Position numbers and translations under genes: made by a program
DNA from: Pseudomonas delhiensis
GTDB lineage: Bacteria > Pseudomonadota > Gammaproteobacteria > Pseudomonadales > Pseudomonadaceae
Reading direction: 5' to 3'
Assembly: GCF_900187975.1 (NCBI RefSeq)
Contig: NZ_FZPC01000008.1
Span: 27,930-51,929, forward strand
DNA length: 24,000 nucleotides
The notes under the pieces: generated by a model
The model's database searches: none
The model's input: the letters and a program-made list of their open reading frames with translations, nothing else
What the model was told of the DNA's origin: nothing
Part shown: positions 1-8,235 of the stretch, one piece after another
How positions within the stretch are numbered: position 1 is the stretch's first letter
Layout of the letters: each line of letters starts with the position of its first letter

Positions 1-1604
1 TTGAGGGCGCGCTCGATGTGCCCCAGGTCGGTGACCGGCTCGTTGGCCAGCTGGCGGATGAAGTCCGCCTCGCTGACCAGCTGGAACAGGTCGCCGATGC
101 GCGCCGACAGGCGCCCCTGGTGCTCGGCCAGGCGCGCGCTGTAGGTGGCCAGGCGCGCCACCGCGGTGGCGGTCAGCGGCGCCATGCCCTCTTCCGAGGT
201 GCGCGTCTTGAGCAGCTGGGCGAACTGTTCGAGGCTGTCCTCGCCCAGCGGGATGTCCTCGTCGAAGTCGACCAGCACGCGGAACATCTCCTGGAAGTCC
301 GGGTCCAGGTCCTGCAGGGTGTAGTAGATCTGCCGCGAGCCGATGATGATGACCTTCAGCTGCAGCGGGATCACCTGCGGCGTCAGGCTCATGGCGGCCA
401 GGCGGCCGAGTTCGGCCAGCGGCGACTCCATTTTCAGCTGGCGCGTTTGCAGGGCGCGCTTGAGCGCGTCCCAGACGAAGGGCTCGCCCAGCAGCTTCTC
501 CGCCTCCAGCACCAGGAAGCCGCCATTGGCGCGGTGCAGCGCGCCCGGGCGCAGCTGCCGGTAGCTGGTGTAGAGGGCGCCCTGGTCGGAGGCGTACTCG
601 ATGCGGCCGAACAGGTTGTCGTAGGTCGGGTGCGACTCGAGCACCACCGGCGCGCCGCTGGTGGCGTGGTGGCCGATCACCTGGTTGGGCGCGTACAGCT
701 CCTGCAGCATCAGCTTGCGCTGGGCGTCGCTGCGCTCGGTATCCACCAGTTGGTCGACCACGGTCTTCAGCAGGTTCAGTTGCATGGCCTGCAGGTAGGT
801 GCAGACCCCGCTGTTGTTGTTGTACTTCTCCACCAGCGGCGCCAGCAGCGGCTGCAGCGCGAGGGTGATGGTCTCCTCGTTGAGCTGGCGCAGCTGGTTG
901 CTGGACTCGCGCTTCCACTGCGGCAGGCTGGCCAGCTCCTCGTTGAGCTGTTCCTCGAGCTCGGCGATGTCGGCGTGGAAACGCTCGCGCTCGGCCTCCG
1001 GCAGCTGGGCGAACTCGGCCTCGTCGAGGGCCTTGCCGTCCTTCATCGGGGTGAAGGCGATGTTCGCGCTGTCGCGGTACAGCGCCACGTCCTTCTCCAG
1101 GGCGAGGCGCTCGACGGTGTCCAGGGCCTTGTCGTAGCGCTGGTTGAAGGCGCGGTCGATGGCGCTCTTCTTCTGCTGGTAGGCCGGGTTCTCGAACACC
1201 GAGGGGAAGGTCGACAGCAGGTTGTCGATCAGCTGGTCGATGTCCGCGCCGAAGTCGGCGGCGCTGCCCGGCGGCAACTCGATGGCGCGCGGCTCGCGGC
1301 CCTCCTCGAAGTGGTTGACGTAGACCCAGTCGGCCGGCGTCGGCAGGCGCTTGGCCTCGGCCTTCAGGTAGCGCTGCACGAAGGAGAAGCGCCCGGTCCC
1401 CGGCTCGCCCATGACGAACACGTTGTAACCCGGCCGCGGCATGGCCACGCCGAACTGCAGGGCCTCCACCGCACGCTCCTGGCCGAGGACGCCGAGGAAG
1501 GGGTCCAGGTCGTCGGTGGTGGCGAAGGCAAACTGCTCGGGCGAGAAGGGACGGGTCAGTTCATCGGGCGCCAGGCGCAGGCCGGCGGCAACGGATTGGG
1601 GCAT
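1..1604 (-). CDS. Lon-related AAA+ ATP-dependent protease, N-terminal ~534 codons (C-terminus lies beyond the left edge)
   Basis: Absent from the ORF track because it has no stop inside the window. Manual minus-strand translation from the ATG (complement of 1602-1604) reads MPQSVAAGLRLAPDELTRPFSPEQFAFATTDDLDPFLGVLGQERAVEALQFGVAMPRPGYNVFVMGEPGTGRFSF... It stayed open in every segment I spot-checked down to position 3 (...IRQLANEPVTDLGHIERAL). P-loop-like GEPGTGR and high GC3. Resembles the Lon-like 'probable ATP-dependent protease' family as I remember it. The codon-aligned + ORF 18..2129 is its antisense shadow. Confidence 0.75.
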   Translation of the reverse strand, partial: MPQSVAAGLRLAPDELTRPFSPEQFAFATTDDLDPFLGVLGQERAVEALQFGVAMPRPGYNVFVMGEPGTGRFSFVQRYLKAEAKRLPTPADWVYVNHFEEGREPRAIELPPGSAADFGADIDQLIDNLLSTFPSVFENPAYQQKKSAIDRAFNQRYDKALDTVERLALEKDVALYRDSANIAFTPMKDGKALDEAEFAQLPEAERERFHADIAELEEQLNEELASLPQWKRESSNQLRQLNEETITLALQPLLAPLVEKYNNNSGVCTYLQAMQLNLLKTVVDQLVDTERSDAQRKLMLQELYAPNQVIGHHATSGAPVVLESHPTYDNLFGRIEYASDQGALYTSYRQLRPGALHRANGGFLVLEAEKLLGEPFVWDALKRALQTRQLKMESPLAELGRLAAMSLTPQVIPLQLKVIIIGSRQIYYTLQDLDPDFQEMFRVLVDFDEDIPLGEDSLEQFAQLLKTRTSEEGMAPLTATAVARLATYSARLAEHQGRLSARIGDLFQLVSEADFIRQLANEPVTDLGHIERAL

Positions 1605-1703
1605 CGGAAGTCCTTGCATCGGGCGGCGCAAGGCCGCGGAGAGTTGCCCGCATTCTCGCGCCGGCCGCGCGCCACTGGCAAGGCGCGCGCAAGGGCGGGT
1701 CGA

Positions 1704-2033
1704 TCAGTGCTGCAGGTCGGCGCAGCGCAGGCAGTATTCCGTGGCCGGCAGGGCGCGCAGGCGGCGGGGCTCGATGGCTTCGCCGCAGCGTACGCATTGT
1801 CCGTAGGTTCCGTCTGCCAGGCGCAGGCGGGCCAGGCCCACCAGGCGCATGCCGGCATCGGCTTCGGCCAGCAGGGCCCGCAGCACGTCATCGTTCTCCC
1901 GCTGCTGGGCCTGCTCGGCGAAGTCCGGCGAGTGGGCGCGCGCCAGGTCGCGGCGGATCGCGGCGGCACGCTGGGAATATTCGCTGGCCAGCGCATCCAG
2001 GGCAGAACGGGGGTCGAAATCATCTACGGCCAT
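1704..2033 (-). CDS. DksA/TraR-family C4 zinc-finger protein (~109 aa)
   Basis: The C-terminus has CVRCGEAIEPRRLRALPATEYCLRC (CxxC-N17-CxxC), typical of the TraR/DksA family. I prefer the internal start MAVDDFDPRS at 2033, which is preceded by GGAGAGG (reverse complement of 2036-2042), over the track start at 2174. Confidence 0.8.
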   Translation of the reverse strand: MAVDDFDPRSALDALASEYSQRAAAIRRDLARAHSPDFAEQAQQRENDDVLRALLAEADAGMRLVGLARLRLADGTYGQCVRCGEAIEPRRLRALPATEYCLRCADLQH

Positions 2034-2264
2034 GACGCCTCTCCGACGGGCAAGGAACTGTTTCAAGTGTGGCCGGTTCCAAGGGAATCGCCGCTGATAC
2101 CGATCAATAGCCTGTTGTGCGGAGCATGACGCAGTTCGCCCCGCCGTGGGTTGGGAGACATCGCGCCTTGACACCCCCAGGATATTCCTACAAAGCTCTG
2201 CCTGGCGCTGTTTGCTGTCAGCGGCTACGTACAGCCATGCATACGAACAAAGAGAGATACGCAG

Positions 2265-2753
2265 ATGAAAAGGATTCTACTCGGTACCCTCCTCGCCACC
2301 GTTTCCATCGGTGCCTTCGCCGACGCCCCCGGCAGCGATGGCTGCGGCTGGGGCCAGATGCTCTTCAAGGGCCAGCGCGGCACCGCCACCCACGTGCTGG
2401 CGGCCACCACCAACGGCTCCTCGGGCAACAACACCTTCGGCATGACCACCGGCACCAACGGTTGCCACACCAATGGCGCGCTGACCTACGGCGGCAAGCC
2501 GATGATCGTGCTGAGCAGCATGATGGACGAGCTGTCCGAAGACATGGCCAAGGGTGACGGCGAAGCCCTGACCACCTACGCCGTGGTCCTGGGCGTGAAG
2601 CCCGAAGACCGCGCGCACTTCGCCGAAGTGACCCACGAGCACTTCGCGCAGATCTTCAACAAGTCCGACGTCACCGCCGAGGACGTCTACGCCAACACCC
2701 AGGCCGTGCTGAAACAGGACACCCGCCTGGCCAAGTACGCGGAACAGGCCTGA
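2265..2753 (+). CDS. Secreted DUF3015-like protein
   Basis: 162 aa with signal peptide MKRILLGTLLATVSIGAFA. The motifs GCGWG..LF.GQ, TTNGSSGN.TFGMT.GTNGC and AEDMAKG.GEAL match my memory of DUF3015 family proteins found next to DUF4105 genes in pseudomonads. An AGAGAGA Shine-Dalgarno-like run lies upstream. Confidence 0.75.
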   Translation: MKRILLGTLLATVSIGAFADAPGSDGCGWGQMLFKGQRGTATHVLAATTNGSSGNNTFGMTTGTNGCHTNGALTYGGKPMIVLSSMMDELSEDMAKGDGEALTTYAVVLGVKPEDRAHFAEVTHEHFAQIFNKSDVTAEDVYANTQAVLKQDTRLAKYAEQA

Positions 2754-2761
2754 GCCTGACG

Positions 2762-2782
2762 GCCCGCCCCACCGGGGCGGGC
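2762..2782 (+). terminator. GC-rich stem-loop after the DUF3015 gene, with no U-tract
   Basis: GCCCGCCCC (2762-2770), loop ACC, GGGGCGGGC (2774-2782): a perfect 9-bp stem 9 nt after the stop. It is followed by TCCCCTACCCC rather than a T-run, so it may be an attenuator or stabiliser rather than a full terminator. Confidence 0.4.
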
Positions 2783-2810
2783 TCCCCTACCCCGACCCGC
2801 TAAGGTCCCC

Positions 2811-4676
2811 ATGCCCAAACGCCTGTTGCCATGGCTGGCGCTGTGCGCCTGCGCATCCCTGCACGCGAGCCCCCAATTCCCCGAATCCCGCCTCCAGGCC
2901 CTGGCCGCGCAGCCCTACTGGCTGGCCCTGGGGCACTACACGCCGAGCAAGCTGGGCGGCTGGCGCAGCTTCGTCGACGACGACCGGTTCTTCCTCGCCG
3001 ACGACGGCGAGCGCTCGCCCGAGCACGAGCTCAAGGCCACCCTGGACGCCCTCTACGCCGCCCCCGACCTGGGCGACAAGCATGCCCAGTGCGTCTACCC
3101 GGCGCGCACCCGCTGGCTGAAGCAGCAACTGCAGCTGACCGACCTGCCGCGCCCCGCGTGCCAGGAGTACGACACCTGGTACGGCGACATCAACCCGCAC
3201 AGCGCGGTGCTGGTGTTCCCCGCCGCCTACCTGAACAGCCCCTCGTCGATGTTCGGCCACACCCTGCTGCGCATCGACCAGGCCGACGTCGACAGCAACA
3301 ACACCGCCCTGCTCAGCTACGCGCTGAACTTCGGCGCCTTCATCGAGGGCATGGACAACAGCATCCTCTACGCCTGGAAGGGCCTGATGGGCGGCTACCC
3401 CGGCCTGTTCGCCCTGGTGCCCTACCGCGAGAAGCTCTCCGAATACAGCCGCCTGGAGAACCGCGACCTCTGGGAGTACCGCCTGAACCTCACGCCCGAA
3501 GAGACCGGGCGCATGGTCGAGCACGTCTGGGAGCTCAAGCAGGTCCGCTTCAAGTACTTCTTCTTCGACGAGAACTGCTCCTTCCGCCTGCTCGAACTGC
3601 TGGAGATCGCCCGCCCCGGGGTGAAGCTGACCGACGGATTCCCGCTCTACGCCATCCCCACCGACACCGTGCGCGCGGTGAAGCAGGCCGGGATGATCGA
3701 CAGGATCGACTACCGCCCCTCGCGGGAGAAGGAACTGCTGGCCCGCGCCGAGCCGCTGGACACCGGCGAGAAACAGCTGGCCCGGCGCCTGGCCGACGAC
3801 GACCGCCTGCTCGACAGCCCCGAATTCAAGGCCCTGCCCGCGCCGCGCCAGGCGCTGGTGCAGGACACCGCCTTCCGCCTGCTGCGCTACCGCGCCACCG
3901 GCAAGGCGCGCGACGAGGCCGATGCCGCGCGCAGCTACCAGTTGCTGCGGGCGATCAACCAGAACCCGCCGCCGCCGGCCCGGGTGGAGCGCCCCGGGCA
4001 ACCGGAGGAAGGCCACCAGTCGCTGACCTGGCAGCTCGGCGCCGGCAGCCGCGACGGCCAGGCCTTCGCCGACTACGGCCTGCGCATGGCCTACCACGAC
4101 CTGCTGGACAACAGCTACGGCTTCCCCCAGGGCGCGCAGCTGGAGCTGGGCGACCTGCGCCTGCGCCAGTACGAGGGCAACCGCTGGCAGCTGCAGCGCC
4201 TGGACCTGGTCAGCATCCGCTCCATGACCCCGCGCAACGCCCTGTTGCAACCGCTGTCCTGGCAGGTCACCGGCGGCTGGGAGCGGGTGCCGGGCAAGCA
4301 CAGCGACGACGGCCACGACACCCTGGCCGGCCACGTCAACGGCGGCGCCGGCGGCAGCTGGAAGCTCGCCGACGACCTGCAGGCCTACGCCCTGGGCACC
4401 GCACGGATCGAAAACAACCCCGACTTCGCCGCCACAGTGGCGCCGGCGCTGGGCTTCGACACCGGCGTGCTCTGGCGCAACCCGCTGGGCAACCTGGCCC
4501 TGGAGGCCAAGGGCGACTACTTCCACAACGGCGAAGTGCGCCGCAGCCTGAGCCTCGGCCAGCAGGTGGAACTGAGCCGCAACCTCGGCCTGCGCCTGTC
4601 CGCCGAACGCCAGTTCAGCCACCAGGCCGGGCCGGTCGGCGAGGTCATGCTGGAACTGCGCTGGTACCATTACTGA
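2811..4676 (+). CDS. DUF4105 (Lnb N-terminal-like) periplasmic/outer-membrane-associated protein
   Basis: 621 aa with signal peptide MPKRLLPWLALCACASLHA. The central SSMFGHTLLRID...YALNFGA...GGYPG...YRL block matches the DUF4105 family as I recall it. The C-terminal alternating, beta-rich segment ends in ...LELRWYHY, which looks like an OM beta-barrel terminus. Confidence 0.75.
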   Translation: MPKRLLPWLALCACASLHASPQFPESRLQALAAQPYWLALGHYTPSKLGGWRSFVDDDRFFLADDGERSPEHELKATLDALYAAPDLGDKHAQCVYPARTRWLKQQLQLTDLPRPACQEYDTWYGDINPHSAVLVFPAAYLNSPSSMFGHTLLRIDQADVDSNNTALLSYALNFGAFIEGMDNSILYAWKGLMGGYPGLFALVPYREKLSEYSRLENRDLWEYRLNLTPEETGRMVEHVWELKQVRFKYFFFDENCSFRLLELLEIARPGVKLTDGFPLYAIPTDTVRAVKQAGMIDRIDYRPSREKELLARAEPLDTGEKQLARRLADDDRLLDSPEFKALPAPRQALVQDTAFRLLRYRATGKARDEADAARSYQLLRAINQNPPPPARVERPGQPEEGHQSLTWQLGAGSRDGQAFADYGLRMAYHDLLDNSYGFPQGAQLELGDLRLRQYEGNRWQLQRLDLVSIRSMTPRNALLQPLSWQVTGGWERVPGKHSDDGHDTLAGHVNGGAGGSWKLADDLQAYALGTARIENNPDFAATVAPALGFDTGVLWRNPLGNLALEAKGDYFHNGEVRRSLSLGQQVELSRNLGLRLSAERQFSHQAGPVGEVMLELRWYHY

Positions 4677-4693
4677 GGCGTGCGGCGCCTCAG
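4673..4693. terminator. Hairpin shared by the convergent DUF4105 and rtcR genes, spanning both stop codons
   Basis: CTGAGGCG (4673-4680), loop TGCGG, CGCCTCAG (4686-4693): 8-bp perfect stem. The TGA of the + gene (4674-4676) and the TGA of rtcR (complement of 4690-4692) both lie inside the stem arms. Confidence 0.4.
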
Positions 4694-6294
4694 CCCTTCA
4701 CGGCCGCCCAATCCAGCCGGAAGCGCGCCAGGTACTTGCGCAGACGATCGGCGTCATTGGGGTTATGCTTCTCCTGGCGCGACACCGCGAACAATTGGCG
4801 GCCGGCGTCGGACAGGCTGCGCGCCTGCCGGCAGACGTCGATCACCGCCTCCAGTTGCAGGCGGTCGAACAGGTCCAGTGCCTCGGCGCCCTCCCCCAAC
4901 AGCTGCCGCACGGCACCTTCCGCTTGCGCGATACCCCAGGAGCGGCGCAGGCGGCCGATCTCTTCCTCCACCAACGCTTCGTCGATGCGCCCGCTGTCGG
5001 CCAAGGTCGCCATGCGCGTGATGGAGGCCGACAGCTCGCGGAAGTTGCCGCTCCATAGCGCCTGCGCCGAGTTGGCGAAAGCCAGGTAGCGCGTGCGCGC
5101 CTCGCGGTTGAAGCGCACCAGGCGGCCCTGCTCGCGGGCATGGCGCTCCAACTCGAAATCAATGTTCGGCTCGATGTCTTCACGACGCCCGGCCAGGCCC
5201 GGCAGGTCGAAGGTCCAGAGGTTGATACGGGCGAACAGGTCCTCGCGGAACAATCCTTCGGCCACACGCTCTCGCAAGTCGCGGTGAGTGCCGGCAATCA
5301 GTTGGAAGTCGCTGCTGACCTCGCGGTCCGAGCCAAGCGGGAAGAAGCGCTTTTCCTCGATGGCCTTGAGCAGCATGGCCTGCTCGTCCAGTCCCAGCTC
5401 GCCGATCTCGTCGAGGAACAGCATGCCGCCATTAGCCCCGCGTAACAGGCCTTCCCGGGAGTTCTGCGCGCCGGTGAAGGCGCCCTTGACGTGGCCAAAC
5501 AACGCGGACATGGCGCCATCACCACGCAGCGTCGCGCAGTTCACTTCGACGAAGCGGCCCTGGAACTGGTGCCGGGCGCGTTTGAGTTCGTACACGCGGC
5601 GGGCGAGGAACGACTTGCCGGCTCCGGTCGGACCGATCAGCAGCATCGGCGCACAGGAGCGCCCGGCGACCCGCTCGATCTGCTCGATGGAGCGGTTGAA
5701 CTCGGCATTGCGCGTGGCGATGCCAGACTTGAGAAAGGCCAGGCTCTCTTCCTGTTCGCGGCGGAACCGCGTGGCGATGCGGTCGTAACGCGACAGGTCG
5801 AGGTCGATCAGCGTCACCGTCCCTTCCGGGTGCCGAGCCTCGTCCTTGCGCCGCGACGGCGAGGCCTGCACCAGCCGCGCCGGCAGGTAGCGCGCCTCGG
5901 TCAGGAGGAACCAGCAGATCTGCGCGACGTGAGTCCCGGTGGTGATGTGTACCAGGTAGTCCTCGCTCTCGGTATCGAAGGTGTAGCCGCCGACGAAATC
6001 GTGCAGCGCGCCGTAGACCTCTTCGAAGTCCCAAGGGTTGCGCAAGGCCATGGGTTGCAGGCGCACCTCGGTCTCCGGCGAGACGTGCCGCACGTCGGCG
6101 GCGATGCGCTCGGCCAGGCTGACGTCCCGCGCATCCAGGCCGTGGATCAGCTCCAGGCGATCGATCAGCAGGTCCTGCTGCTGGCACAGGCCAACCGTGG
6201 GCCGCCACTTCTGCCAGCGCGCTGCGCCCTTGCCGACGCGGTCCAGAGTGGAGCCGAGGAAACCGATGGCGACGGTCTTGCGTCCTGCGGACAT
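4690..6294 (-). CDS. rtcR: Sigma54-dependent transcriptional activator RtcR
   Basis: The N-terminus MSAGRKTVAIGFLGSTLDRVGKGAARWQKWRPTVGLCQQQDLLIDRLELIH parallels E. coli RtcR (MRKTVAFGFVGT...RWSKWRPT...). The central AAA+ domain has Walker A GPTGAGKS and the sigma54-contact loop GAFTGA (KGAFTGAQ). It is divergent from an rsr-rtcB-rtcA operon. Start at 6294 chosen because AGAGGG lies 6 nt upstream; 6300 (ATG) and 6312 (TTG) are alternatives. Confidence 0.9.
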   Translation of the reverse strand: MSAGRKTVAIGFLGSTLDRVGKGAARWQKWRPTVGLCQQQDLLIDRLELIHGLDARDVSLAERIAADVRHVSPETEVRLQPMALRNPWDFEEVYGALHDFVGGYTFDTESEDYLVHITTGTHVAQICWFLLTEARYLPARLVQASPSRRKDEARHPEGTVTLIDLDLSRYDRIATRFRREQEESLAFLKSGIATRNAEFNRSIEQIERVAGRSCAPMLLIGPTGAGKSFLARRVYELKRARHQFQGRFVEVNCATLRGDGAMSALFGHVKGAFTGAQNSREGLLRGANGGMLFLDEIGELGLDEQAMLLKAIEEKRFFPLGSDREVSSDFQLIAGTHRDLRERVAEGLFREDLFARINLWTFDLPGLAGRREDIEPNIDFELERHAREQGRLVRFNREARTRYLAFANSAQALWSGNFRELSASITRMATLADSGRIDEALVEEEIGRLRRSWGIAQAEGAVRQLLGEGAEALDLFDRLQLEAVIDVCRQARSLSDAGRQLFAVSRQEKHNPNDADRLRKYLARFRLDWAAVKG

Positions 6295-6332
6295 GAACAT
6301 CCCTCTATCCAATTTGATAAAATCCTATCCCA

Positions 6333-6356
6333 ATAGATCTAAATATCGATAGATCT
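6333..6356. promoter_or_regulatory. Two copies of ATAGATCT, 16 bp apart: candidate RtcR upstream activating sites
   Basis: ATAGATCT occurs at 6333-6340 and 6349-6356, each with a palindromic AGATCT core, about 95-117 bp upstream of the -24 element. CTATCC also occurs twice (6304-6309, 6325-6330). The assignment to RtcR is inferred from position only. Confidence 0.35.
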
Positions 6357-6407
6357 CGATCACCGAAAAATCCACCCATGTCACTCGAAAATAAAATTAA
6401 TTTTAAA

Positions 6408-6420
6408 AATCAATAAGTTA
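6408..6420 (+). promoter_or_regulatory. IHF binding-site consensus match
   Basis: AATCAATAAGTTA fits WATCAANNNNTTR at every specified position. It lies in a 27% GC stretch (16 G+C counted in 6361-6420), between the candidate UAS and the -24/-12 element, which is the usual sigma54 promoter layout. Confidence 0.55.
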
Positions 6421-6449
6421 AAAATAATTCACGGCTCAAAAATCAAACC

Positions 6450-6465
6450 TGGCACGCTGCCTGCT
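6450..6465 (+). promoter_or_regulatory. Sigma54 (-24/-12) promoter of the rsr-Y RNA-rtcB-rlaP-rtcA operon
   Basis: TGGCACGctgcCTGCT compared with the consensus TGGCACG-N4-TTGCW. GG is at 6451-6452 and GC at 6463-6464, giving the exact 12-nt spacing. It is about 40 nt upstream of the rsr ATG and divergent from the sigma54 activator gene rtcR. Confidence 0.8.
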
Positions 6466-6506
6466 CTATCTCTGGCAACACCAACGAAACAGAGCGAGAC
6501 GGCAAG

Positions 6507-8057
6507 ATGGCCAACACCCGACTGTTCAATACTCTCGATGCCCGCCTGCCGGCCATCGACACCTGCAACCAGAACGGAGCGGGTGCCTATGCCTACGGCG
6601 CACGTCATCAACTGGCGCAGTTGGCAGTCACCGGTTGCCTGAACCAGACCTATTACGCCGATGCCCAGGACCAACTGGATCGCGTACTGGCCCTGGCCAG
6701 CGAGCTGGACGCCGCCTTCGTCACCCGCACGGCGATCTATGCCCGTCAGCAGGGCCACATGAAGGACATGCCTGCGCTGCTGGTAGCGGCTTTGGCGGCA
6801 CAGCGCTCGTCCCTGCTGCCGAGCGCGTTCGCCAAGGTGATCGACAACGGCAGGATGCTGCGCACCTTCGTGCAGATTCTGCGCAGCGGCGCGACTGGCC
6901 GTAAATCGCTGGGCTCGCAGCCCAAGCGACTGGTGCAGGACTGGCTCAACAACGCCAGCGAGCGTCAGTTGCTGCAGGCCGCGGTGGGACGCCAGCCTTC
7001 GCTGGCCGACTTGGTGAAGATGGTTCACCCGAAGCCGAATACGGCCTGGCGCGCAGCCTTCTTCGCCTGGCTGCTCGGCAAACCGGTGGCTGCCGACGCT
7101 TTGCCGCCGCTGACGCGGGACCTGCTGGCCTTCCGCAGCGGAGCCAGCGATGAGCTGCCGGATGTGCCGCACCTGCTGTTGGGCAACCGTCAGTTATCGG
7201 CACAGCAATGGGCCGAGTTGGGCCGGCGCATGGGCTGGCAGGCGTTGCGGATGAACCTGAATACCCTGGCCCGCCACGGCGCACTGGCGTTGCCGGGCGT
7301 GGCAGAAGAGCTGGCGGACCGGTTGGCCGATGCGCAGGCAGTGGCGAAGGCGCGGGTCTACCCGTACCAGTTGCTGACGGCCTATCGCATGGCCGGCGCA
7401 GATGTGCCGCAAGTCATCCGCAATGCCCTGCAGAGCGCGCTGGAACATTCGCTGCAGAACGTACCGGCGCTGAAAGGCTCGGTGGTGGTTTGCCCGGACG
7501 TGTCCGGCTCCATGGGCAGCCCGGTGACGGGTTACCGCCAGGGCGCGACGACAGCGGTGCGCTGCATCGATATCGCAGCGCTGGTCGCCGCGGCGATCCT
7601 GCGTCAGCAGCCACTGGCTCGGGTGATGCCGTTCGAGCGCGATGTGGTGAACGTGCAGCTCAACCCGCGTGACAGCGTGATGAGCAACGCCGGCAAACTG
7701 GCAGCCATCGGCGGCGGAGGCACCAACTGCTCCGCACCGCTGGCACGGCTGGCCGACGAGCGCGCCAGGGTGGATACGCTGATCCTGGTTTCGGACAACG
7801 AATCCTGGATTGATGGAAAACGCCACGGCGCAACGCAAACGCTGCACCAGTGGGAACGTATCAAGCGCGTCAACTCGCAGGCCCGGATGATCTGCATCGA
7901 CATCCAGCCCTACGGTACTACGCAGGCGAAGGATCGCCAGGACATCCTCAACGTCGGTGGTTTCGGCGATGCGGTGTTCGATGTGATGACGCAGTTCGCC
8001 GACGGTCGCTACGACGCACGGCACTGGGTACGGATGATCGAGTCGATGGAGATTTGA
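6507..8057 (+). CDS. rsr: Ro60-related protein Rsr (TROVE domain plus C-terminal vWA domain)
   Basis: 516 aa. The N-terminal two thirds resemble a TROVE domain (NQNGAGAYAY...LAQLAVTGCLNQTYYA...AIYARQQGHMKDMPALLVA). The C-terminus has the vWA/MIDAS motif VVCPDVSGSMGSP and later ILVSDNESW. Position between rtcR and rtcB is the same as Salmonella rsr. Confidence 0.88.
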   Translation: MANTRLFNTLDARLPAIDTCNQNGAGAYAYGARHQLAQLAVTGCLNQTYYADAQDQLDRVLALASELDAAFVTRTAIYARQQGHMKDMPALLVAALAAQRSSLLPSAFAKVIDNGRMLRTFVQILRSGATGRKSLGSQPKRLVQDWLNNASERQLLQAAVGRQPSLADLVKMVHPKPNTAWRAAFFAWLLGKPVAADALPPLTRDLLAFRSGASDELPDVPHLLLGNRQLSAQQWAELGRRMGWQALRMNLNTLARHGALALPGVAEELADRLADAQAVAKARVYPYQLLTAYRMAGADVPQVIRNALQSALEHSLQNVPALKGSVVVCPDVSGSMGSPVTGYRQGATTAVRCIDIAALVAAAILRQQPLARVMPFERDVVNVQLNPRDSVMSNAGKLAAIGGGGTNCSAPLARLADERARVDTLILVSDNESWIDGKRHGATQTLHQWERIKRVNSQARMICIDIQPYGTTQAKDRQDILNVGGFGDAVFDVMTQFADGRYDARHWVRMIESMEI

Positions 8058-8062
8058 AAAGC

Positions 8063-8090
8063 CGTGCTCCGCCAATGAGGGCGGAGCACG
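8063..8090 (+). other. 11-bp perfect hairpin immediately after the rsr stop
   Basis: CGTGCTCCGCC (8063-8073), loop AATGAG, GGCGGAGCACG (8080-8090). It starts 6 nt after the rsr TGA and has no downstream U-tract (CGACAGAATGAATTTCG follows). Confidence 0.5.
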
Positions 8091-8110
8091 CGACAGAATG
8101 AATTTCGCGG

Positions 8111-8229
8111 CGTCATGAATGCCGTCGGGACTACAGGTGAAGCCAGGCCGGCCCTGCCGGTACGAGCGAGCAGGTTCGAGCCCTGCGGCGCGCTTGCGCG
8201 ATAAAGTCCCGGCGAACCTGGTCATGACG
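8111..8229 (+). ncRNA. Y-RNA-like module 1 (T-arm present, no D-arm)
   Basis: Terminal helix CGTCATGA (8111-8118) with TCATGACG (8222-8229). GAATGC at 8117-8122. Second helix CGTCGGGAC (8123-8131) with GTCCCGGCG (8206-8214), including one G.U pair. TACA at 8132-8135. Hairpin CCGGC-CCT-GCCGG (8148-8160). T-arm GCAGG-TTCGAGC-CCTGC (8170-8186). CGCG-CUUG-CGCG capped helix (8189-8200). Confidence 0.6.
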
Positions 8230-8235
8230 AAGCGA

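Noticed and set aside
18-2129. 703-aa + strand ORF covering the first 2.1 kb
   Set aside because: It is codon-aligned antisense to the Lon-like protease gene and then runs through the TraR-like gene. The translation is low-complexity (rich in R, A, L, G, Q, V) with no recognisable domain, which is a typical high-GC shadow ORF. The same reasoning rejects 2787..4670(-), 2831..5089(+), 5491..6336(+), 6429..7172(-), 7194..8240(-), 8810..9988(-), 12017..13309(-), 13626..15152(+), 15203..17281(+), 21814..22806(-) and 22059..23345(+).
2203-2216. Sigma54-like motif TGGCGCtgttTGCT upstream of the DUF3015 gene
   Set aside because: The GG-to-GC spacing is 10 nt, and the -24 element deviates from the consensus (GCGC instead of GCAC).
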